In this document: piece after piece, positions 1-10,292 of the stretch
Position numbering within the stretch: position 1 is the first letter of the stretch
How the letters are laid out: each line of letters opens with the position of its first letter
From: Nitrosopumilus sp.
Lineage (GTDB): Archaea > Thermoproteota > Nitrososphaeria > Nitrososphaerales > Nitrosopumilaceae
Length of the DNA: 64,000 bases
Reading direction: 5' to 3'
NCBI GenBank assembly: GCA_965205215.1
Contig: OZ242041.1
Coordinates: forward strand, 128,001 to 192,000
Notes under the pieces: generated by a model
Database searches by the model: none
What the model saw: the letters and a program-made list of their open reading frames with translations, nothing else
What the model was told of the DNA's origin: nothing
Made by a program: the position numbers and the translations under genes

Positions 1-781
1 CCACCGTGCGGTCCTCTATGTGGTCCACTATACCGACCCCCGCCCTGCCGGCCTTCTCGTTGAGGTGCTCTATAATCCTCCGCGGCCCCATCCTTCTTCC
101 GTCAATCTTGGTGGGGACGCCGCGCTCAAAGGATATCTCGACGTACGTGGGGCTGTCCGGCATGTCCCTCGTGCTGACCCATGCAAACGCGCTGTCCGGC
201 GGCTCCGCGTACGGATCCTCGATGTCCCCGCCCTCTATTGCGCGACCCCACAGGTTCTGGTCTATGCTGTACCTCTTTGCGACGGTCTCTATCTTTATCC
301 CGCGCTTGCGGGCAAACTCCAGCTCGGCCGCCCTGTCAAGGTTCTTCTCCCTGATCGGGGCGATTATGGGCAGGTCGGATCCCGATCGGAGCGCCAGGTC
401 AAACCTGACCTGGTCGTTTCCCTTGCCGGTGCACCCGTGGGCGAGCGCCGAGACGTTCTCCTTTCTTGCAACTTCCAGCACCTTTTGCGCAATCAGCGGC
501 CTCGCAAGCGCAGTCGCAAGGCAGTACTTGCCCTGGTACAGGGCGTTTGCCTTTATTGCGGGAAACACATAGTTTGTGACAAACTCCGACCTGGCGTCGA
601 TGCTGTAGTGCCTCCTGACCCCCAGGCTCTTTGCCTTTGCAGCTATGGCCCGCTTGTCGTCGTTCTGGCCCACGTCGACGGTCACCGTAATGACGTCAAG
701 GCCGTGCTCCTCCTGCAGGTACTTTACCACCACCGACGTGTCGAGTCCCCCGGAGAACGCCAGTATTCCCTTTTCTGCCAT
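1..781 (-). CDS. argG: argininosuccinate synthase (5' part; runs off window start)
   Basis: Not in ORF track. Manual reverse-strand translation from ATG at 781 gives MAEKGILAFSGGLDTSVVVKYLQEEHGLDVITVTVDVGQ, the AFSGGLDTS PP-loop signature. Confidence 0.93.
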   Translation of the reverse strand, partial: MAEKGILAFSGGLDTSVVVKYLQEEHGLDVITVTVDVGQNDDKRAIAAKAKSLGVRRHYSIDARSEFVTNYVFPAIKANALYQGKYCLATALARPLIAQKVLEVARKENVSALAHGCTGKGNDQVRFDLALRSGSDLPIIAPIREKNLDRAAELEFARKRGIKIETVAKRYSIDQNLWGRAIEGGDIEDPYAEPPDSAFAWVSTRDMPDSPTYVEISFERGVPTKIDGRRMGPRRIIEHLNEKAGRAGVGIVDHIEDRTV

Positions 782-952
782 GATGCCGATTCTGCCATTG
801 GTGGTTGAAATTTATCTTTTGTGAACCGTCTTTTCGCGGGGGTGGCGGTGGCGGCGGTGGTGCCCATGCGCGCCGCCTGCGGCAATCCGACGCGACGCTG
901 AGCTTGAGCTAAAATACGCTCATTATTTAACCATCTATTATAACGCCGTTTT

Positions 953-2053
953 ATGAAAATGAGCAGGATTCCTGCGGCCGCTGCGGCGTCTGCCGTCGCG
1001 GTCACAATAATCGTTATTACCGCAGTAGTCGTCGTGGCCGCTACACCGGCGCCTACCGCAGGCGGCGGGGCGGTGCAGCCGGACCAGCGGGTCCTGCGGC
1101 TCGGGTACTTTCCGGTCGTGGGGCACGCAATTCCGATCGTGGGGGTCGAGCAGGGCATATTCTCAAGGCACCTGCCGGACGTGCGCATAGAGTCCAAGGT
1201 GTTTGACAGCGGCCCGCAGGTGGTCGAGGCCATGTTTGCCGGCTCGATCGACGTTGCGTACGTGGGGCCGGGGCCCGCGATAAACGCATTCCTGAACTCG
1301 GGCGAATCCGACACCATACGCGTACTGTCGGGCGCCGCAAGCGGCGGGACGAGCTTTGTAATGCACACGGACTCCGCGTCGCCCGAGTTTGACTTTGCCC
1401 ACAAAAGGATTGCCGCCCCCCAGATTGGCAACACGCAGGACGTGTCACTGCGCCATTACATGGAGCAGCGTGGACTGCAGGCCTCCGACCGCGGCGGGAG
1501 CGTCGTCGTCTACAACATACCGAACCCGGACATAGTGACCCTGTTTGTAAAGGGCGAGATAGACGGCGCGTGGGTCTCCGAGCCGTGGGCCACCATCCTT
1601 GTCGAGGAGTACGGCGGCGTCAGGCTGTTTTACGAGGAGGAGATGTGGCCCGGAGGCAAGTTTGCAACCGTCCTGCTGATTGCCGGCGAGTCGTACGTGC
1701 AGGAGAACCGCGACATTGTGGACGGGTGGCTCGAAGCCCATGAGGAGGCGGCAAAAGTCATAAACTCCGACAGGGACGCGGCGGGTGTGATGTTCAACGA
1801 CTTCCTGTTGGATCACTTTGGGCAGCAGCTTGACCCCGGCGTGGTCCGGGAGGCCGTGCACAACACGGAGGTGACTGTAGACCCCCTGAGCGGCACCGTG
1901 TACGAGTTCGCGGAGCGCGCCGATCGGCTGGGGTACATGGGGCGCGGCAGCTATGACCTTTCGGGCCTGTTCTTTTCGTTTGACAGTGCGGACCAGGATG
2001 AAGGCACCGGCCTTGATGGCGGCGACGGCGACGGCGACAGAGGGACAGGGTGA
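953..2053 (+). CDS. SsuA/TauA/NrtA-type ABC transporter substrate-binding protein
   Basis: N-terminal TM anchor; LRLGYFP..HA, F.SGP..EA..AGSID.AYVGPGPAIN, GNTQDV, W..EPWA motifs. Confidence 0.9.
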   Translation: MKMSRIPAAAAASAVAVTIIVITAVVVVAATPAPTAGGGAVQPDQRVLRLGYFPVVGHAIPIVGVEQGIFSRHLPDVRIESKVFDSGPQVVEAMFAGSIDVAYVGPGPAINAFLNSGESDTIRVLSGAASGGTSFVMHTDSASPEFDFAHKRIAAPQIGNTQDVSLRHYMEQRGLQASDRGGSVVVYNIPNPDIVTLFVKGEIDGAWVSEPWATILVEEYGGVRLFYEEEMWPGGKFATVLLIAGESYVQENRDIVDGWLEAHEEAAKVINSDRDAAGVMFNDFLLDHFGQQLDPGVVREAVHNTEVTVDPLSGTVYEFAERADRLGYMGRGSYDLSGLFFSFDSADQDEGTGLDGGDGDGDRGTG

Positions 2054-2059
2054 ACCGCA

Positions 2060-2917
2060 ATGGCAAAGTTGGAGGCAAGGGGCATCACAAAATACTTTGA
2101 GCATGAGTCGCACCGCCTGCAGGCGCTCGGGGGCGTGAACCTCAAGGTAGAGTCAGGCGACTTTGTGTGCCTGGTGGGGCCGTCCGGATGCGGCAAGTCC
2201 ACGTTTCTGCGCATAGTGGCCGGGCTTGAAAAGCCCGACGGCGGGCAGATCCTGTTTGACGGGCGCCCCGTGACGGAGACGGGCCCCACCCGAATCATGG
2301 TGTTCCAGGAGGGCGCGCTGTTCCCGTGGCTCACAGTCCGCGACAACGTCGAGTTCGGACTCAAGGTATCCGGAATACCGCGCGAAAAGAGGGCCGAGGT
2401 ATCGGAACGGTACCTGGACATGATGCAGCTTACAAAGTTTGCCGGCTCCTACACGCACCAGCTCTCCACGGGCATGAAGCAGAGGGTGGCAATTGCAAGG
2501 GCCCTCGTGATGGACCCCGACGTGCTGCTGATGGACGAGCCGTTCGCGGCGCTTGACGCCCAGACCAGGGACCTGCTGCTAGTGGAGACCCAGCTGATAT
2601 GGGCCAGGACCAAAAAGACGATCATGTTCGTGACGCACAACGTAGCCGAGGCGGCGGTACTCGGCACAAAGGTGGCGGTCTTTAGCAACCGCCCCTCAGT
2701 GGTCAAGCGGGAGATTCCAAACGACTTTCCGAGGCCCAGGGTTCCGGACGACAAGGAGCTGCTCGACTTTCAGCACGAGATACTGCAGGAGCTGAGGCCC
2801 GAGGTAAGAAAGAGCGGTAGTGCAGGCGCGTCAGGTGCGAGCAAAGGCGACGCGGGCGCAAGGGGAACGGTGACAGGGGGAGAAGAGAAGAAGCAGAAGA
2901 AGGGAGGGACGCGGTAG
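2060..2917 (+). CDS. SsuB/TauB-type ABC transporter ATP-binding protein
   Basis: Walker A GPSGCGKST, LSTGMKQR signature, LLMDEPF Walker B. Confidence 0.93.
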   Translation: MAKLEARGITKYFEHESHRLQALGGVNLKVESGDFVCLVGPSGCGKSTFLRIVAGLEKPDGGQILFDGRPVTETGPTRIMVFQEGALFPWLTVRDNVEFGLKVSGIPREKRAEVSERYLDMMQLTKFAGSYTHQLSTGMKQRVAIARALVMDPDVLLMDEPFAALDAQTRDLLLVETQLIWARTKKTIMFVTHNVAEAAVLGTKVAVFSNRPSVVKREIPNDFPRPRVPDDKELLDFQHEILQELRPEVRKSGSAGASGASKGDAGARGTVTGGEEKKQKKGGTR

Positions 2918-2918
2918 G

Positions 2919-3704
2919 ATGTCGCTATCAGCGTCGTCGTCATCAAAAAAGCGCAGCTATGCGCCGCACAAGATAGCCTTCTACATAGGGCTGGTGGCAG
3001 TCTGGCAGCTTGTGGCCATGGCCGGCGTGTGGCCCAGCAACATATTCCCGTCCCCCTACGAGGTGGGCGAGGATCTGGTGTACGGGGCCCTGGACGGCAG
3101 CCTGCTGCACGGGTTTGCCACGAGCATGTGGAGGCTTGCGGTGGGCCTCTCCATATCGATAGCAGGCGGCATCGCTCTGGGAATAGTCATGGCCCGCAGG
3201 GAGGCGTTCAACCAGACGGTGGGCTCCCTGGTACTCGGGCTGCAGTCCATCCCGTCCATCGCGTGGGTCCCGCTAGGGATACTGTGGTTCGGGCTGACGG
3301 ACGCCGGGATAATATTCGTGATTGCGATAGGAGCCGTCTTCGCAGTCACGATAAACACGTATACCGGCGTCAAGAACATACAGCCCCACTATATCGAGGC
3401 CGCGCGCAACATGGGGGCCACGGGGGGCAGGCTGATAACAGACGTGCTCATACCCGCCGCGTTCCCGTACATGATATCTGGGTTCAAGCAGGGCTGGGCG
3501 TTTGCATGGAGGGGCGTCATAGGCGCCGAGCTCCTCTTCTCGTATCTGGGGCTGGGGTACATGCTGTACGTGGGCAGGTCGCTCAACGACATCTCGCAGA
3601 TAATAGCGGTCATGCTGGTGATTATGGTAACGGGGTTGGCCGTCGACGCCGTGCTGTTCAAAAAGCTAGAACTCAAGGTGATGTCCAGGTGGGGACTCAG
3701 ATGA
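2919..3704 (+). CDS. SsuC/TauC-type ABC transporter permease
   Basis: Multi-TM; QSIPSIAWVPL and EAARNMGA (EAA loop); in operon with previous two genes. Confidence 0.92.
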   Translation: MSLSASSSSKKRSYAPHKIAFYIGLVAVWQLVAMAGVWPSNIFPSPYEVGEDLVYGALDGSLLHGFATSMWRLAVGLSISIAGGIALGIVMARREAFNQTVGSLVLGLQSIPSIAWVPLGILWFGLTDAGIIFVIAIGAVFAVTINTYTGVKNIQPHYIEAARNMGATGGRLITDVLIPAAFPYMISGFKQGWAFAWRGVIGAELLFSYLGLGYMLYVGRSLNDISQIIAVMLVIMVTGLAVDAVLFKKLELKVMSRWGLR

Positions 3705-3868
3705 CCACAGGGTCGGCGCGCCGGCGTGGCCGCCGCTGATGACTGCGGGACGCGCCGGCCGCATGACTATGCGGGCCGAAAGCTCGGGCCATTGGCATCC
3801 CGCCCGCTCGGCCCGCGGCGCAGCACGCGATCCCAAGAATTAAACCCGCGTGAGGCACGCGGTCATGC

Positions 3869-4852
3869 ATGCCAGATGATCCGCAAAAATTGCCATTTCT
3901 TGACGCGCTCAGGGAGCGCGTGCTCCTGTTTGACGGCGCAATGGGAACCGAGATCCAGAGATACGACCCACAGCCGGAGGACTTTCCGGACTGCAGGGAC
4001 GGGTTCAACGACGGGCTCGCGGTGACGCACCCGGAGTGGATCGAGTCCATACACAGGAGGTACCTGGAGGCGGGAGCCGACTGCATCGAGACCAACTCGT
4101 TTGGCTCCAACAGGATAAAGCTTGACGAGTACGGGTTCGGGGAGCAGACCGTGAGCCTCAACAGGGAGATCACCGAGCTTGCGCGCGGCGCGTGCTCAAA
4201 GTACGGCGGCGACAGGCCTCGGTATGTGGTCGGCTCGATGGGGCCCACGGGGTTCCTGCCAAGCTCAAACGATCCCGACCTGGGGCAGAAACCGCTTGAC
4301 GACATACGCGATGCGTTCGCGCTGCAGGCCGAGGGGCTGATCGATGGGGGCGTCGACGCCCTGCTGATCGAGACCAGCCAGGACATCCTGGAGGTAAAGC
4401 TTGCAGTTGAGGCGTGCCATGCGGTGATGCGCGCCGCGGGCGCCGCGGTTCCGATAATTGCAAACGCGACTCTCGACCAGCACGGAAAGATGCTGCTTGG
4501 GACCAGCATACAGTCGGCGTACACGACGGTATCGGGCATGGGCGTGGACGTGTTCGGGATGAACTGCTCGACGGGTCCGCACGAGATGGCCCCCAGCGTT
4601 AGATGGCTTGACGAGGAGTCCTCACACCACATGCTGGTGGTGCCAAACGCCGGAATGCCAGAGAACGTGGACGGGGTGGCCGCGTACAAAATGACGCCCG
4701 CGCAGATGGGCGACGCAATGTCCGCGCTCCTCTCAAAACACCGCCGCATCCGCATAATCGGGGGATGCTGCGGCACCACCCCGGAGCACATTGCGGTGCT
4801 GCGCGGGGTAATAGACGGGAACAAGGCGGCCTCGTGGGATGCCGGCGGCTGA
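3869..4852 (+). CDS. metH: methionine synthase, homocysteine-binding (N-terminal) module
   Basis: DGAMGT, YLEAGADCIETNSF, GMNCSTGP, GGCCGTTPEHI Zn motifs. Confidence 0.93.
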   Translation: MPDDPQKLPFLDALRERVLLFDGAMGTEIQRYDPQPEDFPDCRDGFNDGLAVTHPEWIESIHRRYLEAGADCIETNSFGSNRIKLDEYGFGEQTVSLNREITELARGACSKYGGDRPRYVVGSMGPTGFLPSSNDPDLGQKPLDDIRDAFALQAEGLIDGGVDALLIETSQDILEVKLAVEACHAVMRAAGAAVPIIANATLDQHGKMLLGTSIQSAYTTVSGMGVDVFGMNCSTGPHEMAPSVRWLDEESSHHMLVVPNAGMPENVDGVAAYKMTPAQMGDAMSALLSKHRRIRIIGGCCGTTPEHIAVLRGVIDGNKAASWDAGG

Positions 4853-4940
4853 CTGCAGCGCATGCCGCCGCTACGGGCAGGAGGGGGTCCCCGGCCGATG
4901 TCCGTAAATGTTTACAAACATCGTGGATTTCCACTTCCAC

Positions 4941-7565
4941 ATGGCAGTAGTACCAAGGGTAAGCTCGGCGCTGGCTGCGGTGGGCCTCAGGCAGCTGCCG
5001 CCCCCCATGATAATAGGGGAGCGGCTCAACACGCAGGGCTCCAAAAAGGCAAAGCGGATGGTTCTTGACGGGGACTATGACGGGCTCGTAAGCCTGGGCC
5101 GCACGCAGTCCGAGGAGGGGGCCCACTGCATCGACGTCTGCGTGGCCACGACAGAAAAGTCCGACGAGCTGGAGTTCATGGTGAACCTGGTAAAGAGGCT
5201 CAGCCTCGAGGTAGAGGCCCCGCTCGTAATAGACTCGACTGATCCCGACGTGATACGGGCGGCAATACGGCAGATTCCGGGCAGGCCCATAATCAACTCG
5301 ATAAATCTGGAGGGGGACGGCTCGCGCTTTGCAAGCCTGGCCCCCGTAATGGCCGAGTACGGCACCCCGGCAATCGCGCTGTGCATAGGCCCCGGCGGCA
5401 TGGCAAAGACGGCCGAGGAGAAGCTGGAGACGGCAAGGCTCCTGTTCGAGGAGGGGAAAAAGTACGGGCTGGCGCCGGACCAGTACATATTCGACGTCCT
5501 GACGTTCACGCTTGCGACGGGCCAAGACGAGTTTCGCGGCGCGGGGGTCGAGACGCTGGAGGGCATCAGGCGGGTCAAAAAGGAGTTTCCCGACTCGTTT
5601 ACCGCGCTGGGCCTGAGCAACATCAGCTTTGGCCTCACGCCCCCGGCGCGGCGCATTCTCAATTCCGTGTTTCTGTATCATGCCATACGGGCCGGGCTTG
5701 ACGCGGCCATCGTAAACGCCAGGGAGATAATACCGTACGGAGAGATCGACAAGAAGGAGAGCGGCCTTGCCGAGGACCTCATATTTGACCGCAGTCCGGA
5801 CGCGCTCTCAAGATTCGTGTCGTACTTTGAGGATGGTGGCGGCGCAGGGGGTAGTGGCGACGGCGGCGCCAGAAAGCGAAGGGGCCCCGAGGTCGACGCG
5901 TCGTGGCCTCCTGCAAAACGGGCAAACTTTAGGATTGTAAACCGGCTTGCCGACGGCATCGCACAAGACGTGGTGCGCGCCATAGCCATGCAGGCGGAGC
6001 TCGAATCCCGCGTAATCCCGGACAAGGAGGGGGGAGATGCAGACGCCATTACAATCGACGCGCCGCGGCCGAAGACCCATGACGCCGCCATACACGTGCT
6101 TAACGAGAGTCTGCTGCCGGCCATGAAGGAGGTCGGCGACCGGTTCGGCGCCGGCGAGCTCATACTGCCGTTTGTCCTAAAGTCGGCAGAGTGCATGAAG
6201 GTGGCCGTCGGCGAGCTTGAGAGGTACCTGGTAAAGGATGAGGGCGGCGCAAGCAAGGGCAAGCTGGTGCTCGGCACAGTATACGGGGACGTGCACGACA
6301 TCGGCAAGAACCTGGTAAAGACCATATTCCAGAACAACGGGTACGCCGTATACGACCTGGGCAAGCAGGTGCCGCTCCAGAAGTTCCTCGACAAGATTGC
6401 AGAGGTGAAGCCGGACGCAGTCGGTCTGTCGGCCCTGCTCGTATCCACCTCGAGGCAGATGCAGCTGTTCGTGGAGCATGCGCGCGAAAACAAGATGGAC
6501 ATACCCGTCATGTGTGGGGGCGCCGCCATCAACAGCAGCTACATAAACAGGATTGCGACGACTGACGGAGACAAAAAGGACGCGCTGTACGAGCCGGGCG
6601 TCTTTTACTGCAATACGATGTTCGACGGGCTAAGGATAATGGACGCGCTCGTGGACGACGCGCGGAGAGGGGAGATGTTCGCGGACTGGAGGAAGGGCCT
6701 CTCACGATGGCAGGCAAGGCAAGAGTCGCTCTCCAAGGCCAGGGCGGCCGGGGCGGGGCCGGACGGCAAGGCGGGGAGCGCGTCTGCGGGGGAAGGGAGG
6801 CCCGAGAGGAGCGCAGTCGTGCCGGTGCGGCCGCCTGCCGTGCCCCGCTCCATGAGGCCGGGTGTGCCGGCAAGGCTGCAGCCCGGCGACATTCCGATGG
6901 GAGATGTCTGGCCCCTTGTCGACACAAAGTCGCTTTACAGGTTGTCCTGGGGCGTGCGCGGCAGGGGGGCCGGCAGGGAGTCGCAAGAGGACCACGAGAG
7001 GCTGTTCTTGTCGTGGCAGCGGAGAATTGAATCTGAGCACATGTTCGAGCCCCGGGTGGTGTACGGATACTTTAGGTGCCACAACAGGGGCGACGCCGTA
7101 CTCGACGTGGAGGATGCGAAGGGCGACGTCGTGTCGTTTGCCTTTCCGCGCTCGCAAAAGGCGGAGCGGCTGTGCCTTGCTGACTACTTTGGTAAAGACG
7201 ACGTGGTGGCGTTCCAGTCGGTTACGGTAGGCTCAAGGGTCACCGACACAATAGAGGAATGGAACAGGAAGGGCATGTACACGGACGCGTACTATCTGCA
7301 CGGGCTTGCAGTCGAGGCGGCCGAGGCGCTGGCGGAGTGGACCAACCGGCGCATCAGGTCGGAGCTGAACCTCGACGGCGGATGCCTCCGGTACAGCTGG
7401 GGCTATCCAAGCTGCCCGGACCTGGCGCAGCATGCGCTGGTCTGGCGCCTGCTGGAGCCGGAACACTCTGACATGACCCTGACAGAGTCAGGGCAGATCG
7501 TGCCCGAGCACTCCACAGCGGCCATAGTAGTGCACCACCCCGGATCCAAGTATTTCGTGCTGTAG
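4941..7565 (+). CDS. metH: methionine synthase, pterin/B12-binding/activation module
   Basis: IIGERLNTQGSKK, IDST, INSINLE, GLSNISFG, GDVHDIGKNLV (B12), RYSWGYPSCPD; start taken at ATG 4941. Confidence 0.93.
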   Translation: MAVVPRVSSALAAVGLRQLPPPMIIGERLNTQGSKKAKRMVLDGDYDGLVSLGRTQSEEGAHCIDVCVATTEKSDELEFMVNLVKRLSLEVEAPLVIDSTDPDVIRAAIRQIPGRPIINSINLEGDGSRFASLAPVMAEYGTPAIALCIGPGGMAKTAEEKLETARLLFEEGKKYGLAPDQYIFDVLTFTLATGQDEFRGAGVETLEGIRRVKKEFPDSFTALGLSNISFGLTPPARRILNSVFLYHAIRAGLDAAIVNAREIIPYGEIDKKESGLAEDLIFDRSPDALSRFVSYFEDGGGAGGSGDGGARKRRGPEVDASWPPAKRANFRIVNRLADGIAQDVVRAIAMQAELESRVIPDKEGGDADAITIDAPRPKTHDAAIHVLNESLLPAMKEVGDRFGAGELILPFVLKSAECMKVAVGELERYLVKDEGGASKGKLVLGTVYGDVHDIGKNLVKTIFQNNGYAVYDLGKQVPLQKFLDKIAEVKPDAVGLSALLVSTSRQMQLFVEHARENKMDIPVMCGGAAINSSYINRIATTDGDKKDALYEPGVFYCNTMFDGLRIMDALVDDARRGEMFADWRKGLSRWQARQESLSKARAAGAGPDGKAGSASAGEGRPERSAVVPVRPPAVPRSMRPGVPARLQPGDIPMGDVWPLVDTKSLYRLSWGVRGRGAGRESQEDHERLFLSWQRRIESEHMFEPRVVYGYFRCHNRGDAVLDVEDAKGDVVSFAFPRSQKAERLCLADYFGKDDVVAFQSVTVGSRVTDTIEEWNRKGMYTDAYYLHGLAVEAAEALAEWTNRRIRSELNLDGGCLRYSWGYPSCPDLAQHALVWRLLEPEHSDMTLTESGQIVPEHSTAAIVVHHPGSKYFVL

Positions 7566-7828
7566 CACTAGCGCGGGGCATCATGCCGCGTGCTGCTTTC
7601 AACATGTCGCCGCCGTCGCCGTCTTGCCGTCTGAGGCACTGGGTCTCGCGGGCGGCCCGCACAATCCTGTCGGTCCTGTACGGCCGTGCCATACCAGACG
7701 TCCGCGGTGCAGTCTGCAGGTTCCGAACGAGTATTCCACATTACACGGCTCAGTGCCATAATCATTGCCACAATCATTGCCATAACCACCGTCGCCGCAC
7801 CCATCGTGTCATCCGCATGTACGGAGCT

Positions 7829-8569
7829 TCAAATGTCCAGTCCGTCAAGGAACTCGTACGCGGCCGCAAAGTCGTTTGGCGACGTGATCAGCAGATCGCC
7901 AGTTATGCGGTGCACGCCCCTTACGAACTCCTCGAAGTTTTCAGAATAGGAGCCTAGGTCCAGGTTCAGGAACTCGGCCGACTTTTGGTTCTTTGGCGAC
8001 GGGTGCAGCAGCACCGGCACTACCCTGAACCCGTCAAGCCGCGACGCCATGCTTCTTACCTGCTGCACGCTGTGCACCACCTGCGTGAAAAAGCCGACGG
8101 GGCGCGCCAGTATCTTCTGTTGTATCTGTGACGCGCTCAGCCCGTCTGAGACCGACATGTACAGGTCGATCTTGGAGCTTGTCACGGACTCCCTGAGCCT
8201 TTTTGCGACGGCGCTGGACTTTTGGCCCGTGTCTGGACGACCGTTGCGGGACGGGTCGCCCATCAGAACCAGTATTCCTTCGAATCCGGAGTCAATGCAC
8301 TGAGATACGAACGCGTCAATCTCGGATCCGGTCTTGTCCCTGACCCTGAGACTGACTGTTATGGGCATGTCCGGCAGTACCTGTTTGATGTTCCTGCCGA
8401 TTACAATGGGCGAGACGCGCTCGTTTCCAAGCACGTTCTCTGTGACGTGTATCGAGTTGCACTTTGGCGCTATTGCAAGCAGGCGCTCCATGCTCCTTGC
8501 GGTTGCGCCAGCCTCATCCATGCCGGGCGACACCTTTGGCGGGTTGAACTCGTATCTGATGGTTCCCAT
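7829..8569 (-). CDS. methylenetetrahydrofolate reductase-like protein
   Basis: YEFNPPK, IHVTENVLG, LRVRD, LMGDP, FFTQ motifs; convergent with metH. Confidence 0.75.
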   Translation of the reverse strand: MGTIRYEFNPPKVSPGMDEAGATARSMERLLAIAPKCNSIHVTENVLGNERVSPIVIGRNIKQVLPDMPITVSLRVRDKTGSEIDAFVSQCIDSGFEGILVLMGDPSRNGRPDTGQKSSAVAKRLRESVTSSKIDLYMSVSDGLSASQIQQKILARPVGFFTQVVHSVQQVRSMASRLDGFRVVPVLLHPSPKNQKSAEFLNLDLGSYSENFEEFVRGVHRITGDLLITSPNDFAAAYEFLDGLDI

Positions 8570-8604
8570 TTTCAGTATGACTCTTTTATTCCCCGTTAAT
8601 ATCC

Positions 8605-9252
8605 TTGAATGTGGGATTGCTGGACGACACGCTGACACTTGACATTGTGCGCTCGGCCCTGTCCGGATGCTCCGGGCAGGCGGGCGGCCTCGGCACGAGC
8701 GGCCCTCGTGGTTATGATGCACCCGCCACAGGCAGCAGGACGGGCCGGCGCGCCGCCGTCATGGTCATAGTGCACGGTCCGCGGGAAAGGCCGGCGGTCG
8801 TAATGACCGTCAAGTCCGCGTACCTCCCCCAGCACGCCGGCGAGATTGCGTTTCCGGGAGGAAAGGCGGAGGAAGGAGACGAGAGCCTGCTGCACACGGC
8901 ACTGCGCGAGACCTTCGAGGAGGTGGGGCTGCGCATAGACTCCAAGCACGTGATGGGGGGGCTCAGTCCGGTGTCCACGCTCAGCTCGGGATTTGTAATC
9001 GCGCCGTATCTGGCCGTACTGGACGGCGCGCCCGTACTGAAGCCAAACTCCGAGGTTGCCGAGATACTAAGGATTCCGCTCGGGGCCCTGCTTGACTCTG
9101 TCGCGCCCGACGACGATCCCGATCACGGCGCGATGCACGACATGTACACGTTTGAGCATGCAGCGACGGGCGGGCGAAAGGTATGGGGGGCGTCCGCGCG
9201 AATCCTAAAGCAGATACGCGACGAGCTCGCAGTGCCGGAGCCGTGCGCGTGA
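8605..9252 (+). CDS. Nudix hydrolase, CoA pyrophosphatase family
   Basis: HAGEIAFPGG..E......TALRETFEEVGL Nudix box; VWGASARIL. Confidence 0.9.
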   Translation: MNVGLLDDTLTLDIVRSALSGCSGQAGGLGTSGPRGYDAPATGSRTGRRAAVMVIVHGPRERPAVVMTVKSAYLPQHAGEIAFPGGKAEEGDESLLHTALRETFEEVGLRIDSKHVMGGLSPVSTLSSGFVIAPYLAVLDGAPVLKPNSEVAEILRIPLGALLDSVAPDDDPDHGAMHDMYTFEHAATGGRKVWGASARILKQIRDELAVPEPCA

Positions 9253-9327
9253 CGTGCACACCCGCCTGAACGCCTGCAAGACGGCATGCCGGCCGGGAAA
9301 CTGGTAGCAGTACGCGCGTGCGCCGAA

Positions 9328-9372
9328 CATCATCGTCATGATGATGATGATGATGATGATGATGCGCATCAT
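9328..9372. repeat. (CAT)/(ATG) trinucleotide microsatellite, self-complementary, between convergent genes
   Basis: catcatcgtcatgatgatgatgatgatgatgatgatgcgcatcat seen directly. Confidence 0.9.
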
Positions 9373-10292
9373 GTCCTTGCGCCGATCACCAGATCGACTT
9401 TGTAGTTTAGAACCGTGCGCAGGTTGATCTCAAGCCTCCACGGTATGTACGAGGGTTCTGCGGTGTCTGCGGATATCTCGAATCCGTGCTCTGTCAGGGC
9501 TGCACGCAGGGAGTGCTCGTCAACCCGCCTTGGCACCGGACCGGGACCGCGCTCAAAGTCATACGGGTCGGCCATTACAACGGACGCCCCCGGCAGCGTC
9601 TGGCCCGACATGCGCCTTATGAGTTCAAGCGGCTCGATCAGCTCAAGCATGTTCAGGGCCACCACCAGATCAAACCGAAACCCGTCCGTTATGCAGGATG
9701 TGGAGTCGCCCACCACATAACAGGCGCCTGTCCCGGCGCCCTTTGCCTGCGCGATTGCGTCATACGAGGAGTCGATTCCTACAACCGCCTCGTACGCAGG
9801 GCCCGAGTCCGGCGACGCGAGATGGTTGGACACTGTTCCAACCGAGCAGCCGTGCTCCAGCGCGCGTCTTCCAGAAGGCAGCCGCGCCAGCCTCTCCTTT
9901 ATCACGTGATAAAATTCAGAACCCCCGCTTCTGCGATAGATTTGTGACCACCTGTTCTCAAGATTGGTCCTGTCGTATGCGGCAGCTGCCCCCTTTGCCG
10001 CCGACGTCCTCGACGATGCCGCGGCAGACGACAATGTCTTCTTTACAAACATCCTCATCTGTGGGGACTGTACAATGCGATACAGGCGGCCGCCGAGCGC
10101 GGCGCGGCGCGCAAAATATTCTGCGATATCATCCCAAACTATCGGTATTCCATCGATGATTGGAAACTCAAGCCGGCACGCCGTGCAGGACAGGATTCCC
10201 TCCTGGATCTCATCGCCCTCCACAAACATGTCATGTTCCAGGCCTCCGCCGCAACGCGGGCACCTGATGAACTCTGTGTCACGTTCCCACAT
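9369..10292 (-). CDS. SAM-dependent methyltransferase with N-terminal Trm112-like Zn module
   Basis: CPRC...CTAC...FPIIDGIP (Trm112-like), ALEHGCSVG motif I. Confidence 0.8.
   Translation of the reverse strand: MWERDTEFIRCPRCGGGLEHDMFVEGDEIQEGILSCTACRLEFPIIDGIPIVWDDIAEYFARRAALGGRLYRIVQSPQMRMFVKKTLSSAAASSRTSAAKGAAAAYDRTNLENRWSQIYRRSGGSEFYHVIKERLARLPSGRRALEHGCSVGTVSNHLASPDSGPAYEAVVGIDSSYDAIAQAKGAGTGACYVVGDSTSCITDGFRFDLVVALNMLELIEPLELIRRMSGQTLPGASVVMADPYDFERGPGPVPRRVDEHSLRAALTEHGFEISADTAEPSYIPWRLEINLRTVLNYKVDLVIGART

Noticed and set aside
724-1434. 236-aa minus ORF
   Set aside because: Antisense to the ABC binding protein and out of frame with argG
3869-7565. Split metH as a frameshifted pseudogene
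   Set aside because: Break falls at a domain boundary, both halves have intact motifs and own starts; split MetH is known
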